DNA of 64,000 nucleotides from Phyllobates terribilis (lineage: Eukaryota), in NCBI RefSeq assembly GCF_046119375.1, contig NW_027362796.1:10726001-10790000 (forward strand), in the 5' to 3' direction. A program made the translations under genes and the position numbers. Positions 24,744 through 38,000 of the stretch are shown piece after piece. Each line of letters begins with the position of its first letter. The first letter of the stretch is position 1. The notes under the pieces are model-generated. The model was not told the origin of the DNA. It saw only the letters and a list, made by a program, of their open reading frames with translations, and did not search any database.

Positions 24744-27700
24744 AAGGTTTGCTCATCTCTAGTTAGAAGTAGGGTCAGGTAATAATCTAGTCAAAACCAG
24801 GTAACAGCTTAACTAAAAATTACTAATAACAATTTCGTTAATTTGGCGCATACACAATGAACTATGTGACCCTGTGGATTTAGTGCAGCATCTCCACCAG
24901 CGCAATCCATTCGACCCTACTTTAGCGTCTGCTGTTAACATCACCGTCTTATATAATACATACAGTCATGACCGAAAGAGTATTTTGGCAAGGTGCCAAC
25001 AATTTTGTCTGGCCTATTTTTGGACTTTTTTTTTCTCTCTTTTTATTTTTGTGTTGTTCCAGTACCCACAACAGAAATAAGCGAGTGTATAACAAAACAG
25101 GAGAAATACTTCATTTTCTGGAATATTTTCAAGGGCGCCAACACTTTCGACTATGATTGTATATAGAGAAATGTGAGACAATATTGAGATTAAAAATACA
25201 ATTTATTAGAACGCAATTGAGAACACATAAAAATACAAAAAGTCATTTAAGAGGGATAAATGTAATCACAAAAAGACAATAGAATAGGGCATCTGGATGA
25301 GCCCCGGATAAATCCTAAGCATGCAGCCTTAAAGGGGTATTCTCACCTCCAAAATTCTACCCCAAAATATAGTAGGTGTAGTAGTAATAATAATAATAAT
25401 AGCAAATACCTCCCATTAGAAATGTGGTATAGTTCTCCTGATTTTCTATGTCACTTACCCCATGTGCAGGGCATTTCAGTAGCTTAGGTATCCATGGTTA
25501 TGACTACTAGCAACTAACTGTCACTATAGGAGTGGTAGTAACCATGGATACCTAATCTACTGCAATGCCCTGAACATGGAGTAAGTGACATAGCGAATCA
25601 GAAGAACTATACTACATTTCTAATTGGAGATATTTGCTTATATTATTATTATTACACCTACTTCATATTGGGATAGTTTCTCAGAGATGTGAATACCCGA
25701 TCTTACATGTTTTTATGGCGTATATTTTTCTCTGTTGCTTTAGATTGTAATGTAATAAAGCTTATTTTTAATCCTACCTTTATCGCCTCAAACGTTTCTG
25801 CCTGTATGTATTATGTTTGTCGATTGTATATTAGGGGTTCAGTACCATGGGATTTGTGAACAGATGGCTCACCACTGTCTTAGGTCATAATTTCATTATA
25901 CTTTGATTTGTATAGAATTATGTATAGAGAAATGTTATAAAATATAAGGCATTGATATTGAAAAATAATAAAATCAGTTTTATTCTTGGCAGATGACTGT
26001 GGAGTCAAACCAGATACCCATGAAAAGCGTGCCATTATTCCAGCTATACCTCCAGCCCTTCAGAGCAGAAATCAATCATCTGAGCCTTTTCAATCCGTCA
26101 TCTCTTTGGATTCATCACAGACTGTTAAGCAAAATGAAAGCCAGAGAAGGGATGTCGAACATCAAATAATTCCCAGAGGGAAGAAACCATTATCCTGTTC
26201 AGAATGTGGGAAATGTTTTGAATATAAATCTAAATTGCTGACACATCAGAGAACTCACACAGGAGAAAAGCCGTTTTCATGTTCAGAATGTGGGAAATGT
26301 TTTATCCAGAGACAAGACCTTCTTAAACATCAAAGAATTCACACAGGGGAGAAGCCATATTCATGTCCAGAATGTGGGAAATGTTTTTACCAAACGTCAA
26401 ATTTGCTTAGACATCAAAGAATTCACACAGGGGAGAAGCCATATTCATGTTCAGAATGTGGGAAATGTTTTAAACAGAAGTCAAATTTACATACACATTA
26501 CAGAAGTCACACAGGGGAGAAGCCATATTCATGTCTAGAATGTGGGAAATGTTTCAACCAGAAATCATATTTCCTTTTGCATCAACGAATTCACACAGGG
26601 GCGAAGCCATATTCATGTTCAGAATGTGGGAAATGTTTTAACCGTAAGTCAAATTTACATACACATTACAGAAGTCACACAGGGGAGAAGCCATATTCAT
26701 GTCTAGAATGTGGGAAATATTATTCCCGGGAATCATATCTTCTTCATCATCTAAAAACTCATTTAGCGATATAGTCATTTCCTTGTTTATTAAAATAATT
26801 TTGACAAATTTTACAAGAAAAAAAATCCAATAGTTATAGTCAACTTAAATTCACAGTTTTAGAAAAGAAAGAGAAACAATTTTCAGCACTAAATGATGAT
26901 TAGGAAATAGAGATGAGCGAATTTTCCATTAGTCCGTGTCATGAAAACCACTAACGCTGCCACCAATCCTGGACCTAAGGATGTGGGTACAGCGGAAGCC
27001 TCTGGCCTACAACTTATTGCAAAGCAAACTTCACAGCACACTACATATGGACTGGGACACTGCTTGTTTGTGAGGTGCCAGGGCGTGGAGAAGCAGCAGC
27101 TTACCCACGGCTACCTCCTTTGGCACCATACACTGCCACCAGTCACGGTTTTACAACGCCAGCAAGTCGCCTTTACTTGGCAACACACTGGGACATATGC
27201 ACATCCAGCTTTCCCAAGTTCCTGAGCAGTTCACTACTTTCACTCTGGCTACCTAGTAACACAACCAAGCTATTTTCTCTCTCGAGATTGTGGGTACGTT
27301 AAAGCAACGAAAAACAAACATATTAAATGTTAGATTTAATATCCAAAAGTAGTACAGTGCTTAAAAAGTTACAAATCGAGCAATTACAAAAAGTCATACA
27401 TAAAAAAAACAGTCTAATAAAAAGAATGAATAAACCTTACATGACTGGACCATGAGATTTCTTTGCGGGGAAGATGCCACCGAAAAGCTTGTGGTACTGA
27501 ACGACCATACGCATGTGGTTCTTCTTGACCTGATCTTGATAGATGGTAGAAGAGATGTTATAATGGATCTCATCAGACCCCTCACTTCCCCTTTCTGCTG
27601 AAGTAAGATGGAGACGGCTTATAATATTTGATTCTAATCCAGTTTTTGTCCTCATTTCTGATGTGGGTCATATTTTTTCCAAGGAACATTCCATAGAAGC

Positions 27701-27760
27701 AATATGGCCGTCATATTGCCAACACGGTACTCAGTAGTTTTACTGTTTTAATATAATTAA
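24744..27760 (+). repeat. Segmental duplication unit, copy 1 (intron end, ZNF terminal exon, 3' flank)
   Basis: Collinear with 40910-51536 once the insertions in that copy are removed. Confidence 0.9.
25993..26774 (+). CDS. ZNF gene terminal exon, 7 tandem C2H2 fingers (copy 1, intact)
   Basis: TTTATTCTTGGCAG acceptor, phase 1 (G|AT GAC TGT). Seven CxxC-x12-HxxxH units with TGEKP-type linkers; stop TAG at 26772-26774. The spliced CDS totals 1353 nt (450 aa plus stop). Confidence 0.92.
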
Positions 27761-29325
27761 AACAGGGAGAGATTTGCTTGTTTATAGTTAGTATAGGTAT
27801 TCCAGAACATATATACAGTATATATCCAACTGAACTAACAGTCCTTCTGAGGACTAATCCAGCTGCATATAATCAGTACTAGGCAGGAGTTAGGCAGGCA
27901 GGCAGTGTATGTGGCAGACTGCAGTGCATATAGCGCATGAGGGTCCATTGAACGTCCTGTCTGCTGCTTCTGTAAAAATTACAGATATTTGTAGACATAA
28001 CCCCAGATATCAGGGGCAAGGGCATTTTTTTTTTTTATCTTAATCCTGGTTATTTGCTTAAAAAGCAATCCAGAGTACACCATTTTTCTGCTCCATTTGC
28101 TTGGTAACACTGCAGAATACAACCAGATCTGTTTCATATTTCAGCAATAAAAATCCAGAAATTTGAACTGAACGTGGAAAATATTGGCCTCCTTTTCCAT
28201 TAAGTTGCAGTGTGTCGGTCAAGCTATTCACACTAGAATTAGTAAATTACAGCCCTGCTATTTAAAACCGTGGTTCTCTGTCAGACATATCACCTATAAC
28301 AGTGTTCAAAATCAGCCATTTCTGCCTTCCATTTCATTGCAGTGTGTTGGTCAAGCTATTCACACTAGGTCGCTGTAGCATAATATTAGAAAAATTACAG
28401 GCCTGCTATTTAAAACCATGGTTCTCTGTCAGACATCAACTATAACAGTGTTCCAAAATCAGCCATTTCTGCCTTTCATTTCGTTGCAGTGTGTCGGTCA
28501 AGCTATTCCCAGTCGGTCTCTGTGTAGAATAATATTAGTAAATTACAGGCCTGCTTTTTAAAACCGTGGTTCTCTGTCAGACATATCACCTATAACAGTG
28601 TTCCAAAATTAGCCATTTCTTCCATTTTCATTTTGTTGCAGTGTTTCAGTCAAGCTATTCCCAGTCGGTCTCTGTGTAGAATAATATTAGTAAATTACAG
28701 GCCTGCTATTTTGTCAGACATATCACATATAACTGCGTTCCAAAATCAGCCATTTCTCGTGAATGTGGAAAATATTGTCCTCCATTTAAAATGGGCAAGG
28801 TGTGTGGCAAGGGACGGGGAAGTGGACGTAATGGTGATGGTGCATTCAGAGGACGTGGCCGTGGGCAAGCTGAAATTGTGCCACAACAAACACCCACATC
28901 TTGTCGCTCGACCTTCCTGTCCCAATTACTAGGCGATCGCAGTACACCACTATTGAACCCAGAGCAGTGTCAAAAGGTTTTTGGTTGGATAGCAGATGCT
29001 TCCAGTCTCTTTGCCACCACCACCACCCTGTCTTCCACACGGTCAAGTCTCAGTAGCCGTGAGTCTGGATCGCATATTCCTCACCCTGAATCTCCTTCGT
29101 CTCACCATGCCGAGTGCCCGGAGACAACTGATCCCACACTTGGACACTCAGAAGAGCTGTTCACTTTTCCATTTGTAGATTCGGGCCTCTTGCCCGGCCA
29201 TCTTCAAGCGAGTGAAGAGGAGAACGCGTGTAGCGGCCCAAATATTGGCGCAGCCACGGTCACACGAAGGCAACAGTGGGAAAGTGCAATTACTGTCACA
29301 AGAGGTGGATGATGATGATGATGAT

Positions 29326-29991
29326 TGTGAGGAGCTGCCCATTTTCTAAAGACTATGATACTTTTTTCCAGCAATGGACCACCATTTTTGTTAATATTAT
29401 TATTGTGTTTTATTAGTGATTTACTTGTCATGTTTTATATAGTTCTGCTAACTTGTCAGTGTGTACACTAGATTCACTTGTAAAATGTCCAGCATTCCAC
29501 TAATCTGTATCTCAGGAGTCCATTGTTTCACCAGCGAATGGTCTCATTAGGTGAGTTTGGATTGAGACTCAGAGGAGCCGTCATCACAGGGGGTCTTACA
29601 TCCTTTCTCAAATGAAGGCTTCTAGAATATTCTTCATTGTTTTTGGCTTACAGTGAATGCTTGAGTGGGAGGGTGATCACTTCTGTGCTGGGAGGGGGCT
29701 GACCCCAGAGATGTAGAGGAAAGACATGTGTTAGTGGGGGTTAGTTGATGGAAGGACACTGAAGGGATAGGACCTATGGCTGTGGACGTGGAGCTGATGG
29801 ATGGATGGCTTATGGAGTGTTGGAGCTCAGTTATCAACTGATCCCAGGTTGAGAACTTAAGGACTGAGAGAACTGTATTTTGGCCATTTACTTGGAATTG
29901 CTGCATTACCATGGATGTAATTAATAAAATATTGTTGCATCGATAACCTGCTTAGGTGATTACTTACAACCCACAACCGCACATCTTTACA
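29326..29991 (-). mobile_element. Solo-LTR-like element (666 bp, TG...CA) inserted in hAT C
   Basis: 5-bp TSD ATGAT at 29321-29325 and 29992-29996; related to 23560-24161. Confidence 0.75.
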
Positions 29992-30808
29992 ATGATGATG
30001 AGACACAATTGCCAGAAAGTCAAGAGGAGGACCAGGGTGCAGAAGTGGACAACAAGGTGGTAAATGATATAGTAACTGACCCAACCTTGCAGGGGGACAT
30101 TCTGAGCATGGACAGCAACATACGGGAAGGGATGCATAGGACCACAACAGGCAGGAAAAAGCAGTATGGTGACTGCAGACAAGGCGGGAAAGCGTTCCTC
30201 ATACGACGGAAGTTGTCAGCACAACTGTTAGGTCTTCCCGAGTCTGGTTGTTTTTTTAAAGACTCTGCAGATAACCCCAAAAAGGCCATTTGCACCACCT
30301 GCCAGGCCAGCTTCAACTAGCAGCCTGACCACCACCAGCATGATCAGGCACATGGCAGAAAAGCACCTGACTAAGTGGGCCGAACCCCAGGGTCCAGAAA
30401 CAGTGGCTGCGGGTGACACCACTGCTTTTTCCGCTGTTGTGCGTGCACGCCAATCCCCCCGTCCATGGCGCATGTCAAGATGCCTCCCGCCATGCACGTG
30501 TCTTGCACACTCTCAACTAACACCATCAGCAAGCACGTCCTTGTCCCAGTGCTGCGTCGTTTCCCCTACCCCAGTCCTTGAAACGCAAGCGCAAATACAC
30601 AGCCAATGCCCCACAGACCACACTACTAAATTCACACATTTCTCGACTGCTTGCGCTAGAAATGTTGCCTTTTTGACTCGTGGAGATGGAAGCTTTCTGC
30701 AACCTTATGGCAGCGGCCGTTTCTTGGTACTCAGTCCCCAGCCGCCACTATTTCTCCCGGTGTGCCATCCCCGCATTACACGAGCACGTGTCCCACAACA
30801 TTAGCTGT

Positions 30809-31427
30809 CATAGAATCATAGAATCATAGAATGGTAGAGTTGGAAGGGACCTCCTGGGTCATCTGGTCCAACCCCCTGCTCAAAGCAGGATTCACTAAAT
30901 CATCTCAGACAGATGTCTGTCCAGCCTCTGTTTGAAGACGTCCATTGAAGGGGAACTCACCACCTCTCGTGGCAGCCTGTTCCACTCATTAATCACCCTA
31001 ACTGTCAAAAAGTTTTTTCTAATATCTAATCTGTCTCCTCCCATTTAGTTTCATCCCGTTGCTTCTAGTCTTTCCCTGTGCAAATGAGAATAAAGATGAT
31101 CCTTCTACAATGTGACAGCCCTTGACATATTTGTAGACAGCTATTAAGTCTCCTCTCAGTCTTCTTTTTTGCAAGCTAAACATTCCCAAATCCTGCAACC
31201 GTTCCTCATAGGACATGGTTTGCAGACCAGTCACCATTCTGGTCGCTCTTCTCTGAACTTGCTCCAGTTTGTCTATGTCTTTTTTAAAATGTGGTGCCCA
31301 AAACTGTACACAGTATTCCAGATGAGGTCTGACCAAAGAGGAGTAAAGACCGATAATGACTTCACGTGATCTAGACTGTATGCTTCTGTTAATACATCCC
31401 AGAATTGTATTTGCCTTTTTTGCTGCT
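30809..31427 (-). mobile_element. 5'-truncated CR1 LINE inserted in the hAT C transposase
   Basis: (CATAGAAT)n tail on the plus strand; minus-strand [14 protein letters not shown]...[11 protein letters not shown]...[13 protein letters not shown]. Confidence 0.92.
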
Positions 31428-34400
31428 GTCCTCAACAACGCAGTTACTGGGAAAGTTAACCTAACCACGGACACGTGGACAAGTGCTTGGGGGCAGGGAC
31501 AGTACACCTCGCTGACGGCGCACTGGGTTAATATAGTGGAAGCCGGGACCCAGTCGGATCTTGGGACGGAACACATCCTCCCGACGCCGAGGATTGCAGG
31601 CCCTGGGTCAGTCAGGGTTGCCCCCACATTTTACAGCTCCTGCACCTCCTCCTCTTCAGCCTCCATCTCCGAAATGACCACATAAGTTGCAAGCTGGAAG
31701 CAATGCAGCACTGCTTTGGCCAAGCGGCAACAAGCTGTGCTGAAGCTAATATGCTTAGATGACAAGGCTGAAGAGGTGTGGGCAGCTCTGAAAGAGCAAG
31801 CAGAACTGTGGCTGACATCGCTGACCCTACAGCCAGTCATGGTTGTGTGAAACAATGGCCAGAACCTGGTGGCGGGTCTGAGGTGAGGCGAGCTCACACA
31901 CGTACCATGCCTGGCCCATGTTTTTAACCTCGTGCTTCAGCGGTTTCTCAAAACCTACCTGGATCTGCAGATCTGCTTGTCAAAGTACGCTTCCTGTGTG
32001 CCTATTTTAGAAAGTCAGCTACAGCTTCCGCCGCCCTTGCCATGCTTCAGCAGCGTTCGTAGCTTCCAACTCACCGGCTGATCTGCGATGTCCCCACGCA
32101 TTTGAACTCTAAATTGCAGATGTTGAGAAGTATTTGTGAGCAGAAGAGGGCAGTTGTTGACTACCAGCATCACAAGGTTATCGGTAATCAGGTCAGACTC
32201 CACAGATAAGACTTCAGGAGTGGACATGGATGTCAGACATTTGTACCATCCTCTAAAACTTTGAGGACTCCACCAAGATGGTGAGCGGCGATGACGCCAA
32301 AATTAGCATCACCATCCCGCTTCTCTGTCTTCTGAAATGCTCTCTGCTCACAATTAAAGAGGATGCATTGCAGGTGGAGCACGATGAGATGGAGCAAGGA
32401 ACCATACAGGGTGATTACACACAGTCCAGTCTCATCTCATCCCAATGTGGATTGGGTGACAATGAGGAAGAGGAGGAAGAACAGTAGCTAGTTTCCTGCG
32501 CTATAGACGGTACTACCTGCACAACTGTCATACCGTCTGTTCAGCGTGGATGGCCTGAGGACAGGGAGGAAGAGGATGAGGAGGAGAGCATGGTCAGTCG
32601 TCCTCTTGGTGAGAATACAGAAGTCTCGCCTCTTTGCAGTCTGGCACACATGGCTAAGTTTATATTACGCTGCCTTTCCCGTAACCCTCGCGTAGTCCAA
32701 ATTTTTGGTGACAGTCATTACTGGTTGGTGACACTTCTAGACCTATGCTACAAGGAGAACTTTCTGTCTCTTATTCCCCTGCAGGACAGGCCTAATAAAA
32801 TGGGGCAGTACAAGAAGGCCCTTGTTGCGGAATTATTTAAAAAATTCCCATCTGAAAACACTGGCGGCAGAGGTCACAGTTCGTTGGACAACAAAGGAGT
32901 ACAGGCAAGAGAGACACAAATGCAATCCAGCAGAGGCAGGGGAACACTATCAAAGTTCTGGGACAGTTTTCTCAGACCCTCCCACAGGCCCTGAGGCGTG
33001 GGGTATTCTCCCAAGGAAGGAAAAGTTTCAGAAGATGGTGAGGGAGTACCTTGCCGACCGTACCAACGTCCTCCGTGATTCCTCTGTGCCTTATAATTAT
33101 TGGGTAACCAAGCTGGACATGTGGCATGAACTGTCTCTCTCCACCTTGGAGGTCCTGGCCTGCCCTGCCACTAGCGTTTTGTCAGAGCGGGTTTTTAGTA
33201 CCGCTGGTGGAATTATAACCAATAGGCGCATACACCAGTCAACTGAAAATACTGACAGGCTGACTCATATAAAAATGAACAAGGGTTGGATTGGGCCAGA
33301 CTTCTCAACACCACCGAATGATAGCAGCATAATATAAACTCAAATACAGTGTCTTTTTTTTGGGGAGGTCTAACTCTATTCCCATGCACCTCTGTCTTCA
33401 CACCCAGACATGGGTATATGCTTCCTGATTTTGTCTATTTGCTCTTGTCCTCCTCCTTCTCCGCATCATCCTCCACCAACATATCACCACCACATGTACC
33501 ATATCAACATATCTACGTCTCTTGCCAGGGGTATTGGAGTTCCTCCAAATTTTTGTCAGCCGTTTCTTCACTGCATAGGCAAACAGTATGGGAAACACAC
33601 TTCTGAATAATGGGAGCATTTTTTGCAGGAGGCCCTCCGACCTCTACGTCTCTTGAAAGGGGCATTGGAGTTCCTCCAAATTTTTGGCAGCCATTGCTTC
33701 ACTGCATACCCTATATCTGGATAGCAGACCCTCTCTTTTCTAATGGGAACATGTTGTACTCGTTATTGTGGCCCAGCTGTATGTCTTTAAATTGTTAGTG
33801 GGGTTTTTTCTACATTTTGGCAGCCTTGGGCTCACTGCATGCCCTATAACTGAATGGCAGACCCTCTCCTTTCTAATGCAAACATGTTGTTACCGTGGCC
33901 CAGGTGTATGTGTCTTTAAATTGTTAGTGGGGTTTTTCCCAAATTTTGGCAGCCCTTGCAGTCACAACATGGGCATTACCACTATAGGAGACCTGCTCCT
34001 TTATAATGGGAACATTTTTTTTACTGAGACCCTCCTCTATGTCTCTTCAAAGGGGTATTGGGTTGCTTCCAAATTTTTGGCAAACCTTGCAGTCACTGCA
34101 TACTGAATAACAGTATAGGAGACCCACTCGTTAATAATGGGAACTACAAAGCATAGCCGACTGCTGGCCATTTAAGAATAGTAAGGGCCGCCTGATGGCT
34201 CTATAAAAATAGTCTTCGTGACTTTCAGAGTCCCTCCATCATAAATGAAACAGGATTTGTCTGATGATGTGTCACACACCACATGGCCAGATAAGGTTGT
34301 AAAATTACATTTTCTGGTGAATGCATTTGTATTGGTTGAAAGCAATGCAAAAGTGCAAACAAGCATGAAAAACGCTACGTGTGAACATAGCCCAAGGTGT

Positions 34401-34821
34401 GGAGGAGCATTTTTGTTTTTGGTTATTTATTTTGCCTTATATACAAGTCATTACCCTGGAAAGGATGTTCCTTAACATATTTCCCAGGAAAATTCATTTT
34501 GGTTTTGTTTTTGTATGCTTTATTGTGAGTCTGTAAAAGTGGCATAATACCTCTGACAACATTGTTGACAGCAGTGACCTGGGAGTCAGAAATGCTTCCA
34601 GGGTTCTTCCCCATACTGTTCCCATGTCATTTGAGCACTGTTCCCATCGATTTGGGCAATTTTTAGGCCCTCTGCAGACCGCCGGGGGGAGCCACCAGAA
34701 AAATGCTCGAGTTTCCCATAGACTTACATTGGGTTCGTTACTCAGTCCGAGCACTCGAGCATTACAATTTGCTCAACTCGAACAATGAGTACCCGAGCAT
34801 TATAGTGCTTGCCCATCACTA

Positions 34822-35096
34822 GTGGAAAGGGCTTGAATATGAGGTTTGAAGGAGAGATTAGAGTCAAGGGTTACCCCGAGGCAGTGAGCTTGCTGGACTG
34901 GGAAGAGTGGGTAGCCACTGACTTTGATAGATAGGTCAGGTGGGGGGGTTAAGTGAGATGGTGGAAAGATGATGAATTCGGTTTTATCCATATTAAGTTT
35001 TAGGAATCTAGCAGAGAAGAAAGATGAAATAGCGGACAGACATTGTGGGATTCTGGTTATTAAGGAGTTGATATCAGGTCCAGAGAGGTAGATCTG
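34822..35096 (-). mobile_element. L2 LINE fragment (RT C-terminal region)
   Basis: MDKTEFIIFP...AHCLGVTLDSNLSFKPHIQ. Confidence 0.8.
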
Positions 35097-38000
35097 TGAT
35101 GAACATTGTAGTTCCCTTCACCAAGAACTTACTTTCCACTGTTGGAATTAGTACGAGGACTCAGTCCCCAGGACTGAACTGCCTCACCCCGGCTGACCAG
35201 TTGTAGACCCTAGATTGAGCCCCTTGTGCATGGACGAGATGTCCTTTTATGATGAGCATCAACTTCACAATCCCCTCCTGCATTTGGGTGACATGCTCGA
35301 TGACGCTCCAGTGGGGCACGACTTCGGCTTCCCAGGAATCCTTCGCTATATCAAGGAGATCCCTTGGATGTCAGCCATATAGAAGTTCAAATGGAGAGAA
35401 TACAGTTGAGGCTTGTGGACCCTACTACATAGAAAACAACAGATACAGGAGGAGATAGTCCCAGTCTTGACCGTCCTTCTCTATGACCTTCTTAAGCATA
35501 CTCTTCAATGTTTTATTTAACCTTTCTACAAGGCCGTCCATCTGGGATGGTACACGGATGTATTCAGTTGTGTCTATTGCAGGGCCTCATCACCTTACTC
35601 ATAAAGGCTGTTCCTTGGTCGGTAAGGATCTCCCCCGGTAATCCGGTCCAGGAAAAAACGTGTACCAACTCGCTATACTTTTCACACAGGAGTTTCTCAG
35701 GGGAACCGCTTCAGGGCACCACGTAGCATAGTCAAGGATGACCAGTATGTATTTATGCCCACAAGAAGATTTAACCAGGGGATGGACAAGGTCCATGGCA
35801 ATTCCCTCAAGGTGTGTCAGCTCCAGTAAGGGGAGAAATAGGAGAGCAGGGCAGGCCAGGCAGGTGCTGGTAGTGGGGGACTCAATTATTAGGGGAACAG
35901 ATAGGGCAATCTGTCACAAAGACCGGGATTGTCGAATAGTGTGCTGCCTACCTGGTGCTCGAGTCCGGTACATCGCTGATCGGGTTGACAGATTACTGGG
36001 AGGGGCTGGTGAGGACCCAGCGGTCATGGTGCACATTGGCACAAATGACAAAGTTAGAGGTAGGTGGAAGGTACTTAAAGATGATTTGAGGGAATTAGGC
36101 TTCAAGCTTAAAGCAAGGACCTCCAAGGTGGTATTCTCTGAAATACTGCCTGTACCATGTACCACGCCAGAGATGCAATGGGAGATTAATAAGTGGCTCA
36201 GGAATTGGGGTAGGAAGGAGGGGTTTGGATTCGTGGAGAACTGGGCCAACTTCTCAGTTGGCTACAGGTGCTACGCTAGGGACGGGCTGCACTTCAATAG
36301 AAAGGGTGCAGCTGTGATGGGGGAGAAAATGGCTAGAAGGTTGGAGGAGTGTTTAAACTAGGGATTGGGGGGAGGGTATTCATTTTATAGGTGGGGAAGA
36401 TAGTGCAGATAGTGACCTGGGCACAAATAAAGAAATTGGGGGTGGGGTTAGAACAGTCAATATAGTAAGAAGGAATAGAGGTACAGATACATAAAATGCA
36501 TGTACACTAATGCCAGAAGCCTCACCAACAAAATGGAGGAATTAGAATTAATTTTGTTGGAAAAAAATTATGACATGGTGGGGATATCTGACACATGGCT
36601 AGTTGAGAGCCATGACTGGGAAGTTAATTTACAGGGCTATAGTCTGTTCAGAAATTACCGCACAAACAAGCGAGGGGTGTGTGTGTTTATATGTAAAATC
36701 ATCCTTAAAACTCATCTTACATGAGAATATATGTGAATCTATTGAAAATGTAGAGTCCCTATGGGTGGAGATAAGGGAAGGGGGAAAAAAGAATAGATTA
36801 CTGATAGGGGTTTGTTATATGTCTCCAAAAATAATGGAAGCAGCGGAGAATATCCTCATCAAGCAAATAGATTAAGCAGCGACTCAAGGAGAAGTCATTA
36901 TTATGGGGGACTTCAACTACCCTGAAATACATTGGGGACTGGAAACCTGTAGTTCCAGCAAAGGTAATAGGTTTTTGACAACTATGAGGACAATTACCTT
37001 TCACAACTGGTTCAGGACCCAACAAGAAGGGGGGCACTGCTAGACCTAATATTAACCAACAGGCCAGACCGCATATCAAATATACGAGTTGGGAGTCAAT
37101 TGGGTAATAGTGATCACAAAATAATAAGTTTTCATGTATCCTTTAATAAGATGTGTAGTAGAGGGGTTGCAAGGACACTAAACTTCAGGAAGGCAAATTT
37201 CCAACGGTTGAGAGATGATCTTAGTGCAATAAACTGGGACGATATCCTGAGACATAAAACTACACAAAGCAAATGGGAGACATTTATTAGCATCCTGAAT
37301 AGGACCGGTGCACAATATATACCCTATGGGAATAAACATGCTAGAAATAGGAGGAAACCACTATGGCTGAATAGAGCTGTAAGGGGCGCAATAAGTGACA
37401 AAAAGAAAGCATTTAGAAAACTAAAGCAAATAGGTAGTGATGAGGCATTAAATAAATACAGAAAATTAAATAAATTCTGTAAAAAACAAATCAAGGCAGC
37501 AAAGATTGAGACAGAGAGACTCATTGCCAGAGAAAGTAAAAATAATCCCAAAATATTCTTTAACTACATAAATAGTAAGAAACTAAAAAATGATAGTGTT
37601 GGCCCCCTTAAAAATAGTCTGGGTCAAATGGTGGATGAGGATGAGGAAAGAGCCAATATGCTAAATGATTTTTTTTCAACCATATTTACACAAGAAAATC
37701 GCATGACAGAAAACATGATCAGTGATGACAAAAATTCTCCAGTAAATGTCACTTGCTTAACCCAGCAGGAAGTACGGCGGCGTCTAAAAATCACTAAAGT
37801 TGACAAATCCCCGGGCCCGGATGGGATACACCCGCGAGTACTGCTGGAATTAAGTAACGTCATAGATAGACCATTATTTTTAATCTTTAAAGATTCCATA
37901 ATAACAGGGTCTGTACCATAGGACTGGCGTATAGCAAATGTGGTGCCAATATTCAAAAAGGGGACAGAAACTGAACTTGGAAATTCTAGGCCAGTAAGCT

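Larger units (their letters stand above)
6521..24761 (+). mobile_element. hAT (BED-finger) DNA transposon copy A, degenerate; hosts nested L2, hAT B, a solo LTR and a MITE
   Basis: Ends TAAAGATGCG... and ...GCTCATCTCTA, with flanks TTTATAAG / GTTAGAAG (6/8 match, degraded TSD). Transposase remnants: AVCDNCVNL, PCMAHVLKLVVKQF, and SERVFSAAAGVMT|DKCSWLS...LTFIKMN. Subterminal ~57-bp repeats at ~7030-7240. Confidence 0.7.
27800..34821 (+). mobile_element. hAT (BED-finger) DNA transposon copy C, degenerate; left TIR not found
   Basis: GR-rich N-terminal ORF at 28791, BED remnant (KKAICTTC...MIRH), [24 protein letters not shown] and IKMN. Subterminal repeats at ~28180-28760 and ~33500-34140; right end ...GCCCATCACTA at 34821. 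Confidence 0.8.

Noticed and set aside
26290-26538. Alternative-frame ORFs over the finger arrays (also 43554-44150)
   Set aside because: Out-of-frame shadows of the repetitive C2H2 coding sequence.
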